A DNA stretch of 64,000 nucleotides from an uncultured Bdellovibrionales bacterium (GCA_964346295.1 CAYFUG010000002.1:7355-71354), one strand, 5' to 3'. Counted from the first letter of the stretch, positions 38,811-47,546 are shown. The notes: a model not told the origin generated them from the sequence alone. Numbers and translations are program-made.

Positions 38811-39560
38811 TTAATCAAATTTAGAAAAATCCTCAAAAACTCTCTCTTCTAGATCTTTACGCCACAGTTTTTTTTGAGTTTCGTAGGCTAAGAAAATTAA
38901 GATTCCCCAGCAACCCACCGCTACTACCGGAACTGACCACTTAAAGTGACTAGTTCCCGTATAGATAACTAGTAATATCACTAAAATAAATACCATTCTT
39001 AACTCGGTAAAGCCAACTCCTAAAAAATTAGGCCGGTAATTCTTCTTCTCAAAAGACTTTACCACTAAAGAATGAAGTGAAAATCCTCCTATCGAAACCA
39101 CCAACAACAAAAACCATAATTCCAACTTACCGGGCGCAATTAAATAACCCGCTAACAATAAAACATTAATAAAAAGGTAATCCAAGAGATAACCTGTGTA
39201 AAAAAACCATCTAACTAGACTAAAGTCCTGCCAATAAGCCTTCTCTCTCCCCCACAAATCAGAGAAGTACTGAAAAATAATCACTACTACTATCCCCCCC
39301 AACCAAAGCAAACTGCTTTGAGCTAAAAAACCAAAAAATCCTGCCAATAGGCTCCAGACCACAGTCATTCCTAATAAATACTGAGGTTCTAGTTTGGCAG
39401 GAATCTTGGTTGCTCCCCACTGAGAAATCTTTTTTTCATAGCGACTCAAAGTAGGACCCCGGGAATCATCTACTTCCCGATCCTGAGAAAATCTTTTTTG
39501 AAAAGCCTCAAATTCCGTCATATAGTTGAAAACTAAGAAGTTGAGATTAGAGTCGATCAA
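38811..39560 (-). CDS. Hypothetical polytopic membrane protein
   Basis: Six predicted TM helices. Confidence 0.5.
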   Translation of the reverse strand: MIDSNLNFLVFNYMTEFEAFQKRFSQDREVDDSRGPTLSRYEKKISQWGATKIPAKLEPQYLLGMTVVWSLLAGFFGFLAQSSLLWLGGIVVVIIFQYFSDLWGREKAYWQDFSLVRWFFYTGYLLDYLFINVLLLAGYLIAPGKLELWFLLLVVSIGGFSLHSLVVKSFEKKNYRPNFLGVGFTELRMVFILVILLVIYTGTSHFKWSVPVVAVGCWGILIFLAYETQKKLWRKDLEERVFEDFSKFD

Positions 39561-39639
39561 AGTCAGTCTTCATTAAAAAATGCTCTTGAGTCAAGAAGTT
39601 AGACTAAATCTTAAAGCAAAGAAACAGCCTGGAAAGTAA

Positions 39640-41043
39640 TTATTCTTCGGTAGCCTCCTTCTCTCCCTCTGGCTTTTCAGAAGCACGCTCCTCTTTAGCA
39701 CCTTCTTTGGCATCTTCTGCTTTCTCCTTCTCTTCTTTTTTAGAGGCGACCTCTTTATTTTCTCCAATAAACTTCAGTCCCATCCGATGTTCACTAGGTT
39801 CCATAGACATAATTTGCCAGAGATACTCTTCGTCGGCTTTGATGATTTCGTCCAAAGCTCGCTGAGGATATTGCGGAAATCCACTAACGTGAGCTAATCC
39901 ATGAATATCTTTGTCTAAGTAAACAAACGCTCCAAAATGATTGATTTTGTGAACCATTCCCACTACTTTTTCTCCTACATTATACTTCTTAGCAGCAGTC
40001 ATCCAAGGATCGTCTTTAAGCACCCTGGTGGAAAGTGAAATTCTAGTGCCATCAATAGAAATAATTTTAGCCTGAACTTTCTCTCCCACCTTAACCACTT
40101 TACGAGGATCTTCAATTAACTGCCAATCTAGTTGGGAAATATGCACCAGACCCTCCAGTTTATCATCTTCTTGAGCCACATCCTGCTTGGAAGGAGGAGC
40201 GAATTTAACAAAAGCTCCAAAGTCAACAATGCCACTAACCTGACCTGTTACGACATCACCTACCTTAAGCTCCGCAATAGCCTCTTTTTCCTTGCCTAAA
40301 TTAGCGGCCTTCTCTGACACAATTAACTTCTCCTCTTCGTCATCCAGATCAAGTATGCAAACGCTCATCTCCGTTCCTATATAACCCCGAAGGATCTCTA
40401 GAATTCGCTGCTTATCACCGTCTTCTACTCGAGGGTAATGTTCTGAAGTTAACTGACTAACCGGCATAAATCCAGTAATTCCGTTGATTTCTACCATCAA
40501 GCCACCCTTATTAGCATCCAATATTTTAGTAATGACAACAGCTTTTTCTTTCATTTTCTGGCGCAAATCCTTCCAAGCCTCTTCTCTGATTGCCTCACTA
40601 ATGGAGAGCTCTACATAACCATCTTCGTTTTCTAAGTCCAAGATAACCGCAATTAGCTTATCTCCAATTTCCAATTTTTTCCGATCTGGACCAAAGCCAT
40701 CTTTAATATCTTTTCCGTAAACAACTCCCGCGCCTAATTTTTCCAAATCCACATAGACTGCCATAGATTCTACTCCCACTACCCGACCTTCTACTTTTTC
40801 TCCTTCTTGAGTTAACTTAACCGGGTATTCTCGCAATAAACGAGCCATTTCTGACTGCTCTTCCCCCTCTTCTTTTTCCTCTTTGTTATTTTTAGCACTG
40901 TCATCCAAGGAATATTCCCCTTCTTCTTGCTCTGTCTCCAAAGAAAAATCCTCGGGGTCTCCCGGAGTAACACCATCCAATAATTGGTCGATTTCCTCTT
41001 CTATGGCTACTTTCTTTGTAGCCGTTTTGGTTTGATCTGACAT
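39640..41043 (-). CDS. rpsA: S1-domain ribosomal protein (S1/RpsA-like, four S1 repeats) with acidic termini
   Basis: Repeated G..V.G.V..I..FGAFV S1 motifs; E/K-rich N- and C-termini. Confidence 0.75.
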   Translation of the reverse strand: MSDQTKTATKKVAIEEEIDQLLDGVTPGDPEDFSLETEQEEGEYSLDDSAKNNKEEKEEGEEQSEMARLLREYPVKLTQEGEKVEGRVVGVESMAVYVDLEKLGAGVVYGKDIKDGFGPDRKKLEIGDKLIAVILDLENEDGYVELSISEAIREEAWKDLRQKMKEKAVVITKILDANKGGLMVEINGITGFMPVSQLTSEHYPRVEDGDKQRILEILRGYIGTEMSVCILDLDDEEEKLIVSEKAANLGKEKEAIAELKVGDVVTGQVSGIVDFGAFVKFAPPSKQDVAQEDDKLEGLVHISQLDWQLIEDPRKVVKVGEKVQAKIISIDGTRISLSTRVLKDDPWMTAAKKYNVGEKVVGMVHKINHFGAFVYLDKDIHGLAHVSGFPQYPQRALDEIIKADEEYLWQIMSMEPSEHRMGLKFIGENKEVASKKEEKEKAEDAKEGAKEERASEKPEGEKEATEE

Positions 41044-41145
41044 AATTAGAAACGAGACAATAAAGAACTCCGTCCTCCTGGATTCTTTTTCGCCTTATTA
41101 AAACTTTTAACTTAGTTTAAATTTCACAAGCAAGTCTTAATTTAT

Positions 41146-41170
41146 AAAACAAAAAAGCCTCCCGGAGAGG
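41146..41170 (-). terminator. Intrinsic terminator downstream of the aminotransferase gene
   Basis: Minus strand CCUCUCCGGGAGG hairpin followed by CUUUUUUGUUUU. Confidence 0.55.
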
Positions 41171-41349
41171 TTTCCTAGTTCCGTCTATCTCGTTAGGTTA
41201 ATGATTAAATTAGAAATTAGAGAGACTAAAATAAATCCTCTAGGTAGAGATTAATTTATCACCCTTACAATAAAAAGTCAATTCCAAGTAAAGTTGCTGC
41301 TAATCCCAAAAACTATCTAGAGATTCCTCAAAAAAGCAAGCTCGGGTCA

Positions 41350-42474
41350 CTAATTTTTCGCTAAATCTTGCAAAATTACAATCCCTTTCTTTAAATCCTC
41401 CTTTCGAGAAGCCAAAGAAATCCTAAAGTAGCCGGCCTTTTTAGAGAAAACCTCCCCCGGGACAATCAAAACCTTGCGATCCAGTAATTGCTGCACTAAA
41501 TCTGGCTGATTCTCCGGAATTTTAATCCAGACATAAAAAGCCCCTTCTGGATAAGCTAGCTGATAGTGATCCTGGAGGCCCTGATAAATCGAATCTCGCC
41601 GCCGCCGATATTCCGCCACTTCCTTCTCAATTCCTACCTGATCCCAAGCTTCCACCAAAGCCTTTTGAGCCATGCTAGGCGCACACACAAAAGAGTATTG
41701 TTGCAGCTTAGCCATTTGTTCAATCACTGTTTCTGGGGCGTGCGCAAAGCCCACTCGCCAACCAGGAATCGCCAAGCTCTTAGAAAAACCTCCTAAAGTG
41801 ATGGTCTCAGGGTAAATGCTCCCAATAGAAAAAAACTTTTGGTCGTAATCAAACTTTTCGTAAATCTCATCGGAGAGAATCATTAATTGATGTTGCTGGG
41901 CCACTGCCGCCACCGCCCCTAGCTCCCCTTGAGAATACACCGCTCCCGTGGGGTTATTAGGGGAATTCAGCAACAGCAACTTGGTTTTAGAGGTGATTAA
42001 CTTTTCTAAATCTTGAGCCTCTAAATGAAAATTACTGCCGTAAGTATCCCACAGCACCACTTTGACGCCTAAAAAATCCAAGAGTTGTTTATAGAGGACA
42101 AAATAAGGATCTGGCACAATCACTTCGTCTCCCGGATTCAGCAACATCCCAAAGGCCAGCAATAGACCTCCCGAAGTCCCCGAGGTTACTATAATTTCTT
42201 CTGGTTGAGCTTTGATTCCGTTTTCTACTTGAAGCTTTTTTGCGATTTTAGCCCGCAATTCTGGCAATCCCGCAGTGGGGGCATAGCCGTTAAAATCGTC
42301 CTGGATCGCCGCTTGAGCCGCCTTCTTTAGCGCTGGAGAAGCAGCAAAATCCGGCTGACCAATGGAGAGATTGACCCACTCCCCCGGCTTAGAACCAGCC
42401 GCCAAAGCAAACATCTTCCGGATCCCAGAAGGCTCCATTCGGCCAATGGATTGAGAAAAATTAAAATCCTCCAT
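41350..42474 (-). CDS. PLP-dependent class I/II aminotransferase
   Basis: Aminotransferase fold pattern with conserved SFSKSLAIPGWRVG PLP-lysine block. Confidence 0.85.
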   Translation of the reverse strand: MEDFNFSQSIGRMEPSGIRKMFALAAGSKPGEWVNLSIGQPDFAASPALKKAAQAAIQDDFNGYAPTAGLPELRAKIAKKLQVENGIKAQPEEIIVTSGTSGGLLLAFGMLLNPGDEVIVPDPYFVLYKQLLDFLGVKVVLWDTYGSNFHLEAQDLEKLITSKTKLLLLNSPNNPTGAVYSQGELGAVAAVAQQHQLMILSDEIYEKFDYDQKFFSIGSIYPETITLGGFSKSLAIPGWRVGFAHAPETVIEQMAKLQQYSFVCAPSMAQKALVEAWDQVGIEKEVAEYRRRRDSIYQGLQDHYQLAYPEGAFYVWIKIPENQPDLVQQLLDRKVLIVPGEVFSKKAGYFRISLASRKEDLKKGIVILQDLAKN

Positions 42475-42582
42475 ATTTTTAATTTAATAGAATTACCAAA
42501 ATAAAAACCGCCTGTCATTCCAAACTTCTTGCCAGATCTTCTGAAAGAAAACTCTAAGATTCTGAATCGGTCCCTAAAAAAT

Positions 42583-42610
42583 TTGACATTTAGTCTCTTT
42601 GTTCTATAAT
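42583..42610 (+). promoter_or_regulatory. Consensus sigma70-type promoter (TTGACA-16 nt-TATAAT)
   Basis: ttgaca at 42583-42588 and tataat at 42605-42610; predicted TSS near 42617. No plus-strand CDS follows. Confidence 0.5.
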
Positions 42611-42705
42611 TCAAGTACAAATCGCTTCCCCCAGTTTACTCCGACTGGAAGCTCCGAGACCTCCGTTCCTCCGGGAATGGGGGTCGTTTATTAGTGGAGG
42701 AATTA

Positions 42706-42822
42706 CGCATTTGGAAAATTTCGTTGTTACAAGCTGCGTTTAGCGCTCACCGTACCCTTCAGTACGCCTCCCGCTAAGCCTCGCTTGCGCCTAGTAATTT
42801 CCTCAAATCCGTAATCCCTAGG
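42706..42822 (-). repeat. Intergenic structured repeat, copy K, inverted orientation
   Basis: Minus strand reads ctagggattacggatttgaggaaattactaggcgcaagcgagg ... gtacggtgagcgctaaacgcagcttgtaacaacgaaattttccaaatgcg, matching the family 5' and 3' arms. Confidence 0.75.
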
Positions 42823-42866
42823 CTATACATCAGCGAGCGACCATTGAAGGCTATAATTATTAAGTA

Positions 42867-42886
42867 CCCCGCCTTGACGGGGTTTT
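42867..42886. terminator. Intrinsic terminator (likely bidirectional) between the candidate transcript and the convergent mazF-like gene
   Basis: ccccg-ccttga-cgggg followed by tttt on the plus strand. Confidence 0.6.
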
Positions 42887-42979
42887 GCTTCCTATAAACA
42901 ACACTCATCCATAGACTCTATCCTACCCGACCTCTAGCTACTCCTAATTTGCCTTTTGAGTTTTATCTTTTGAGCTTTC

Positions 42980-43375
42980 CTAGAATCCCAGCAACCTAGC
43001 CAACCCAGCTTTCACTTCATTAAATTCCCCCCGGTTAATCTTAGAAATCTTTCGTAGCAGTCGCTTGCTACTCAAAGCCCGCAATTGCGACAAAATCACT
43101 TGGTAACCTTCTTTTTCGTAAGTGATCGGTTGGTAATACCGCCCTTGTTTTTGCTGGCTAGTCACCGGCAACCCCCAAAAGAGATTATGATTAAATTTTT
43201 TCAATATCAAAACCGGCCGCTCAAATTTATCGTGCTTGCCATCTTGCTCATGGCCAATATTAACGCCTAGGCTACTCCACCAAATTTCTCGCTCCTTAAA
43301 ATAAAGCTTTTCCTTGCGCTTAACCCCATGCAACTGCTTTTTTTGCTTATTCCAAGTATCAAAATCTTTTTTCAT
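42980..43375 (-). CDS. PemK/MazF-family endoribonuclease toxin with 20-aa N-terminal extension; no adjacent antitoxin gene
   Basis: REIWWSSLGVNIGHEQDGKHDKFERPVLIL...GLPVTSQ...VILSQLRALSSKRLLRKISKINRGEFNEVKAGLARLL aligns to the MazF/Kid G-E-Q-G/RP-LVL/PITS/DQIRTIDKSRL pattern. Confidence 0.7.
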   Translation of the reverse strand: MKKDFDTWNKQKKQLHGVKRKEKLYFKEREIWWSSLGVNIGHEQDGKHDKFERPVLILKKFNHNLFWGLPVTSQQKQGRYYQPITYEKEGYQVILSQLRALSSKRLLRKISKINRGEFNEVKAGLARLLGF

Positions 43376-43437
43376 TTTATTAAAGTCTTATTTTAAAACA
43401 GTTTCCAATACAGACTCGCTGTCGTAAACTTACTGTC

Positions 43438-43469
43438 ATTCCGGAATTTCCACGGGAAATATCCGGAAT
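43438..43469. promoter_or_regulatory. Near-perfect 14-bp inverted repeat upstream of the mazF-like gene (candidate operator)
   Basis: attccggaatttcc-acgg-gaaatatccggaat. Confidence 0.4.
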
Positions 43470-43493
43470 CTTAGTTAAATAAATAACAAATAT

Positions 43494-43730
43494 TTAACTC
43501 AAAACAGTTCCAATTTCTTCCTGAAATATCCCTGCCAATAAAACCAACCAAATAACTAAACTGATCAAAAACAACCCTACAGCAAAAAGAACTTTCCTCC
43601 AAGAACTTAAGCCCCTGATTTTCTTCTTGAAAGTAAATAATAAAACAACAAAAAGTACCAATGTTGGAGACAAAAGAAGCCCGATTCCAAAAAGTATAGG
43701 CCCTCCAGAATGCCCAAAATCTGCTATCAT
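43494..43730 (-). CDS. Small two-TM membrane protein, paralogue of 44391..44642
   Basis: MIADFGHSGGPILFGIGLLLSPTLVLFVVLLFTFKKKIRGLSSWRKVLFAVGLFLISLVIWLVLLAG aligns along its length with the paralogue. Confidence 0.5.
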   Translation of the reverse strand: MIADFGHSGGPILFGIGLLLSPTLVLFVVLLFTFKKKIRGLSSWRKVLFAVGLFLISLVIWLVLLAGIFQEEIGTVLS

Positions 43731-43771
43731 AATCTTGTCTTATTTATTTAAAATTGTTTTGAAATTCAAAA

Positions 43772-44401
43772 CTAGAAATTACCAAGAAAGTCTCTTGCCT
43801 TCCTTAGCGCCCTTCCTCGGTGGCTAACTTGATCCTTTTCCTGGAGAGTAATCTCCGCCTCCGTTTTATCTAGAGAGGGAAGATAGAACACCGGATCATA
43901 ACCGAATCCACCTGTCCCCCGCGGCTCTGTTGCAATTTGACCTTCGTTCACCCCTCGCCAAGTTCGGGCTTGTTCTTTCTGAGGATCATACACCGCTACC
44001 ACCGCCACAAAACGCGCCGTGCGTTCTTTTTCTGGCACATCCTTCAACTCCTTTAGGAGTTTTCGATAACGATCCTCGTCACTCCCCGCACAATACCGCG
44101 CTGAATAAACTCCCGGTCGCCCGCCCAAAGCATCCACCTCCAAACCAGAGTCATCTGCCAGAGTCAGCATCCCAAATCGATTGCCTAAAATAATCGCCTT
44201 GATCAAAGCATTGCCTTCGAAAGTCTCCGCCGTCTCTTCTACTTCCAGCTCCTCCGGGGCAACTCTTCTCCCCAAAAACTCGCCCAGATCCGCCAGGCTC
44301 ACCAATTCCAAATCCAAGCCCTTCAAAGCCTCTCTGATTTCTATCACCTTACCCTTGTTTTGAGTCGCGATTAGTAACTTTCTCATAGTCCTAAACACCA
44401 C
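43772..44401 (-). CDS. rdgB: Non-canonical purine NTP pyrophosphatase (RdgB/Ham1)
   Basis: LLIATQNKGKVIEIREAL ... TFEGNALIKA ... GFGYDPVF are Ham1 family blocks. Confidence 0.9.
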   Translation of the reverse strand: MVFRTMRKLLIATQNKGKVIEIREALKGLDLELVSLADLGEFLGRRVAPEELEVEETAETFEGNALIKAIILGNRFGMLTLADDSGLEVDALGGRPGVYSARYCAGSDEDRYRKLLKELKDVPEKERTARFVAVVAVYDPQKEQARTWRGVNEGQIATEPRGTGGFGYDPVFYLPSLDKTEAEITLQEKDQVSHRGRALRKARDFLGNF

Positions 44402-44642
44402 AAAGCATAAGCCCTACTGCTAAAAATATCCAACTAATAAAACTAAGGACATAGAACCCCGCTCCCAATAATAACTTCTTCCAGAAAACTAGAGCTTTAA
44501 GCTTCTCCTTGAAAATAATCAATAAAATAGCAAAAATAACCAAGGGAGGTAAAAACAAAAGTGCCAACAAAAAAAATACATAAGACTGGGGCCCAGCCAA
44601 GGCTGAACAACCTCCAATAATTTTTGAACAATCTCCAATCAT
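44391..44642 (-). CDS. Small two-TM membrane protein, paralogue of 43494..43730; overlaps rdgB by 11 nt
   Basis: MIGDCSKIIGGCSALAGPQSYVFFLLALLFLPPLVIFAILLIIFKEKLKALVFWKKLLLGAGFYVLSFISW. A duplicated 5' fragment (ccaaaatctgctatcat) lies upstream. Confidence 0.5.
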   Translation of the reverse strand: MIGDCSKIIGGCSALAGPQSYVFFLLALLFLPPLVIFAILLIIFKEKLKALVFWKKLLLGAGFYVLSFISWIFLAVGLMLCGV

Positions 44643-44780
44643 TTTTCTTTGAATTAAAAATCGAATTAGTTACTAAAGAACGCTCTAAAACCAATTCAGA
44701 GCTACCAAGCATGGGGGCAACCAAAATCTGCTATCATCTTACCCTTGCTTTAATTAATTTAAAATTTAAAATTTAAAAAT

Positions 44781-45803
44781 CTATTTCTGCCGTCTTTTCG
44801 CCTCCTCAAAAACAATCCGATAAAACTCCTTGAGAAACTCCTCCGGTAGCTTAGTTTGCTTTTTCCGATTCTCAATAATCGCCTGCTCCCTTCTAGGATC
44901 AAACACCGAAATCCCCTCCTTCTTTTTAATTTTCCCTATTTTTTCTGCCACTTTAAAACGCTCTTCTAGTAGACTTAAGATTTGGCCGTCTAGATAGTCA
45001 ATTAAGGCTCGCTCCCGAGCAAACTGGCCTCGAGTCAACCTTTTTTTAAGCAACATTCGATTAACTTGATGAACCTTCTTGAGAAAATTCTTCCTCGTTT
45101 TTTCGCCGTAAGGATTACGATTCTGCAAATCACAAAACAACTCGTCACTATTGTTGACCACAAAAGGCAACAAACCCTGCAAATGCCGATAGCCCAAAGT
45201 GGTGACATCTACCTCTTTGAGAGGCATTTTTTGCAAAATCTTACCCACAAACTGAGCCAAAACTTGACTATGAGCCGCCTGCTGATCATGCTTTTGGGGC
45301 GTCTGAATCAGCACTTTAAGCCCCGCCCTTTTTAGGCCTTGGCTAATTTGATCTAAAAGTTTTTTTTGAATCCGCACCGGGCAAAGCACCACCTTGAGAC
45401 CTTTTAGTCCTTCGTTGATTTGGTAACTATCCCGCCCCCAGGTAGGGTGGGTGGCCAGTAGCTCCACTTCGGGGCCAAAATGAGCTTGCATCGCGCGAGC
45501 CGGTTCCACTTTTACCGAGCAAACATCTACCACCAAAGTACCAGAGTTTACCAAGGGCGCTATTTTCTTCACTACTCCCTCAAATTTGCCAATCGGCACC
45601 GCCAAAATCACCCCCTCACAAGCCGCTACTTCTTTGAGGCTAGCAGGAATCAAACTGGACTTAGTCAAACGCTTCTGATCAAGATGAGAGTCGAACACTA
45701 AAATCTCCTCAAAATAATCCGCTAAAATCTCTCCCACCAGAGAGCCAAAAGTACCAAACCCTACGATTCCAATTTTAGTTTGAGGGGTAATTTTATTTAG
45801 CAA
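44781..45803 (-). CDS. tyrA: Prephenate/arogenate dehydrogenase with a C-terminal AroQ chorismate mutase domain
   Basis: KIGIVGFGTFGSLVG Rossmann motif, HPTWG; C-terminal RERALIDYLDGQILSLLEERFKVAEKIGKIKK...VFDPRREQAI chorismate mutase pattern. Confidence 0.75.
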   Translation of the reverse strand: MLNKITPQTKIGIVGFGTFGSLVGEILADYFEEILVFDSHLDQKRLTKSSLIPASLKEVAACEGVILAVPIGKFEGVVKKIAPLVNSGTLVVDVCSVKVEPARAMQAHFGPEVELLATHPTWGRDSYQINEGLKGLKVVLCPVRIQKKLLDQISQGLKRAGLKVLIQTPQKHDQQAAHSQVLAQFVGKILQKMPLKEVDVTTLGYRHLQGLLPFVVNNSDELFCDLQNRNPYGEKTRKNFLKKVHQVNRMLLKKRLTRGQFARERALIDYLDGQILSLLEERFKVAEKIGKIKKKEGISVFDPRREQAIIENRKKQTKLPEEFLKEFYRIVFEEAKRRQK

Positions 45804-45819
45804 AACTTGAAATTAACTC

Positions 45820-46236
45820 TTAAACATTGAATTCCCTCTCTATCTCGCTTTCTATCCTCTCAATTCTTTGCATTATTTCCTGCTGCCCCTCTCCTCCTTC
45901 AGTTGCCTCCCTTGCTTCCTCCTTCGCCTTCTTCATTGTCCTGAGGAGTTCCTCTAGTTTAGCAATGACACTTTCGATTTTCTTTTTTTCGGCCCTGACT
46001 CTTGCAATTTCTCTTTCCAAGCTGTCTCTGTCTGTTAGGTTTCCCGCATGCCCTAAAGCAAATTCAATCCCTCCGATTTCCTCATTAATATCAACCAGTG
46101 GTCTCAGCCTGCTTTGAGCAAGGGAAATTTTTTCCTTGATTCTATCTACCGTAAGACTGATTCCCGCATAACCAACCTTGAACATTATTTCACCTTCCCT
46201 TGGCCTCCTCCTCTTTTCAACAGGAATTTTTTCCAT
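45820..46236 (-). CDS. Hypothetical coiled-coil protein
   Basis: 138-aa ORF; E/R/K-rich C-terminal heptads. Confidence 0.4.
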   Translation of the reverse strand: MEKIPVEKRRRPREGEIMFKVGYAGISLTVDRIKEKISLAQSRLRPLVDINEEIGGIEFALGHAGNLTDRDSLEREIARVRAEKKKIESVIAKLEELLRTMKKAKEEAREATEGGEGQQEIMQRIERIESEIEREFNV

Positions 46237-46242
46237 AAAAAA

Positions 46243-46830
46243 TTATTTTCTAGCTACTATAAAAGTAGTAAAGTTAAACTTCAAGTCCTGAATGCGCTCT
46301 TCTAGTAACTCCAAGCTGTAAAGCTCGGAGCAAATCCGAGGCGCGATCACCGCGCAGGTAGGCGCCAAATCACCCTCTTTCAAGGCCTTGGCAGCACTGG
46401 CAGTATCAGAATATTCCTCTAGCTCCACTTCTGGCCACTTCCGTCGCAAATACATCCGGCACTGCTTCAGTGCCTGCGGATGAGAAACAATCTTTTCAAT
46501 CGCACTACTCCGAGTAGCCGGCAAAACATGCAAGTTCATCTGAATATCAATCTCGAAAATTTTCTCGATCTCAAAAGTATGCCGACTCATAGAATAGACC
46601 GCCTCGTAAACAATTCCTCCGTTAGAATTTTCAATCGGAAAAACCGCCTGATCCACCTCACCCTTGTCCAGCGCCGTCAGAGCATTTTCTGAATTAAGCC
46701 AGTAACTCAATTCAAACTCATTCTGCGCAACTCCCTCCTTTTCACAATAATAATTAGCCGCCTCTTCGGAAAAGCTTCCTCGATTCCCCGAAACCCCAAT
46801 TTTAAGCTTATTTTTTTTAGTCATAACCAA
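46243..46830 (-). CDS. pheA: Prephenate dehydratase (PDT domain only, no ACT domain)
   Basis: KIGVSGNRGSFSEEAANYY PDT N-terminal signature. Confidence 0.75.
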   Translation of the reverse strand: MVMTKKNKLKIGVSGNRGSFSEEAANYYCEKEGVAQNEFELSYWLNSENALTALDKGEVDQAVFPIENSNGGIVYEAVYSMSRHTFEIEKIFEIDIQMNLHVLPATRSSAIEKIVSHPQALKQCRMYLRRKWPEVELEEYSDTASAAKALKEGDLAPTCAVIAPRICSELYSLELLEERIQDLKFNFTTFIVARK

Positions 46831-46934
46831 TATTAAGAAATTTTACTTAAATAGAGCTATCACAGGAGCAAGGCCCTGCTTCAATTTTGACAACCCTAAG
46901 ACTTTCTGAGTTTTATTTTGTTTAAATTTAGATC

Positions 46935-46962
46935 TTTCAAAATTTTCAAAATTTGAAATCCC
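46935..46962. repeat. Short palindromic motif (tttcaaaattttcaaaatttgaaatcc) directly 3' of the clpP stop codon
   Basis: Same palindrome as at 47796-47830 and 23429-23456. Confidence 0.5.
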
Positions 46963-46964
46963 TC

Positions 46965-47546
46965 TTACTTCTTTTTCTCAACTATTTTGTCTATAAGCCC
47001 ATACTTTTTGGCCTCTTCTGCGCTCATATAATAATCTCGGTCGGAGTCCTTCTCCACCCTCTCCACTTTTTGACCGGAATGTTTGGCCAAAATCTCATTG
47101 AGGCGCTGTTTGGTTTTAAGGATATGCTTAGCGTGAATATCGATATCAGTTGCTTGCCCCTCGGTACCGCCCATCACTTGATGAATCATCACTTCACTAT
47201 TGGGCAATCCTAAACGCTTCCCTTTCTTGCCTGCCGCCAAAAGTAGTGCTGCTGCCGATGCTGCCGTCCCCACACAGATAGTGGAAATATCCGGCTTAAC
47301 AAATTGCATGGTATCGTAAATCGCTAAAGCCGCTGAAACATGGCCACCCGGTGAATTAATATAGAGCTTAATGTCCTCCTTGGGATCCTGGGATTGCAAA
47401 AACAGCAACTGAGCAATCACCGCATTAGCCACTTGATCGTTAATGCCGGTGCCCAAAAAAATGATCCGGTCTTTTAATAAACGAGAATAAATGTCGTAAG
47501 CCCGCTCCCCAAATTGGGATTTTTCAATAACAGTAGGGATTAACAT
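46965..47546 (-). CDS. clpP: ATP-dependent Clp protease proteolytic subunit
   Basis: [24 protein letters not shown]...INSPGG...[13 protein letters not shown] ClpP blocks with catalytic Ser context. Confidence 0.95.
   Translation of the reverse strand: MLIPTVIEKSQFGERAYDIYSRLLKDRIIFLGTGINDQVANAVIAQLLFLQSQDPKEDIKLYINSPGGHVSAALAIYDTMQFVKPDISTICVGTAASAAALLLAAGKKGKRLGLPNSEVMIHQVMGGTEGQATDIDIHAKHILKTKQRLNEILAKHSGQKVERVEKDSDRDYYMSAEEAKKYGLIDKIVEKKK

Larger units (their letters stand above)
42617..42886 (+). ncRNA. Candidate non-coding transcript of about 270 nt between a consensus promoter and an intrinsic terminator; antisense to repeat copy K
   Basis: No ORF. Multiple local hairpins. By motif inspection it is not tmRNA, SRP, 6S or RNase P. 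Confidence 0.35.

Noticed and set aside
42617-42886. Candidate small RNA tested as tmRNA, SRP RNA, 6S RNA or RNase P RNA
   Set aside because: No T-arm GGUUCGA or tag frame ending in Ala-Ala-stop, no AGGUCCGGAAGGAAGCAGC helix-8 motif, no P4 AGGAAAGUCCGG motif. The size and ends do not form the long 6S-type closing helix by eye. Left as unknown transcript; Infernal would be decisive.
44497-44724. 75-aa ORF with a TTG start overlapping the small membrane-protein paralogue
   Set aside because: Alternative frame of a real gene plus the duplicated start fragment; no independent support.
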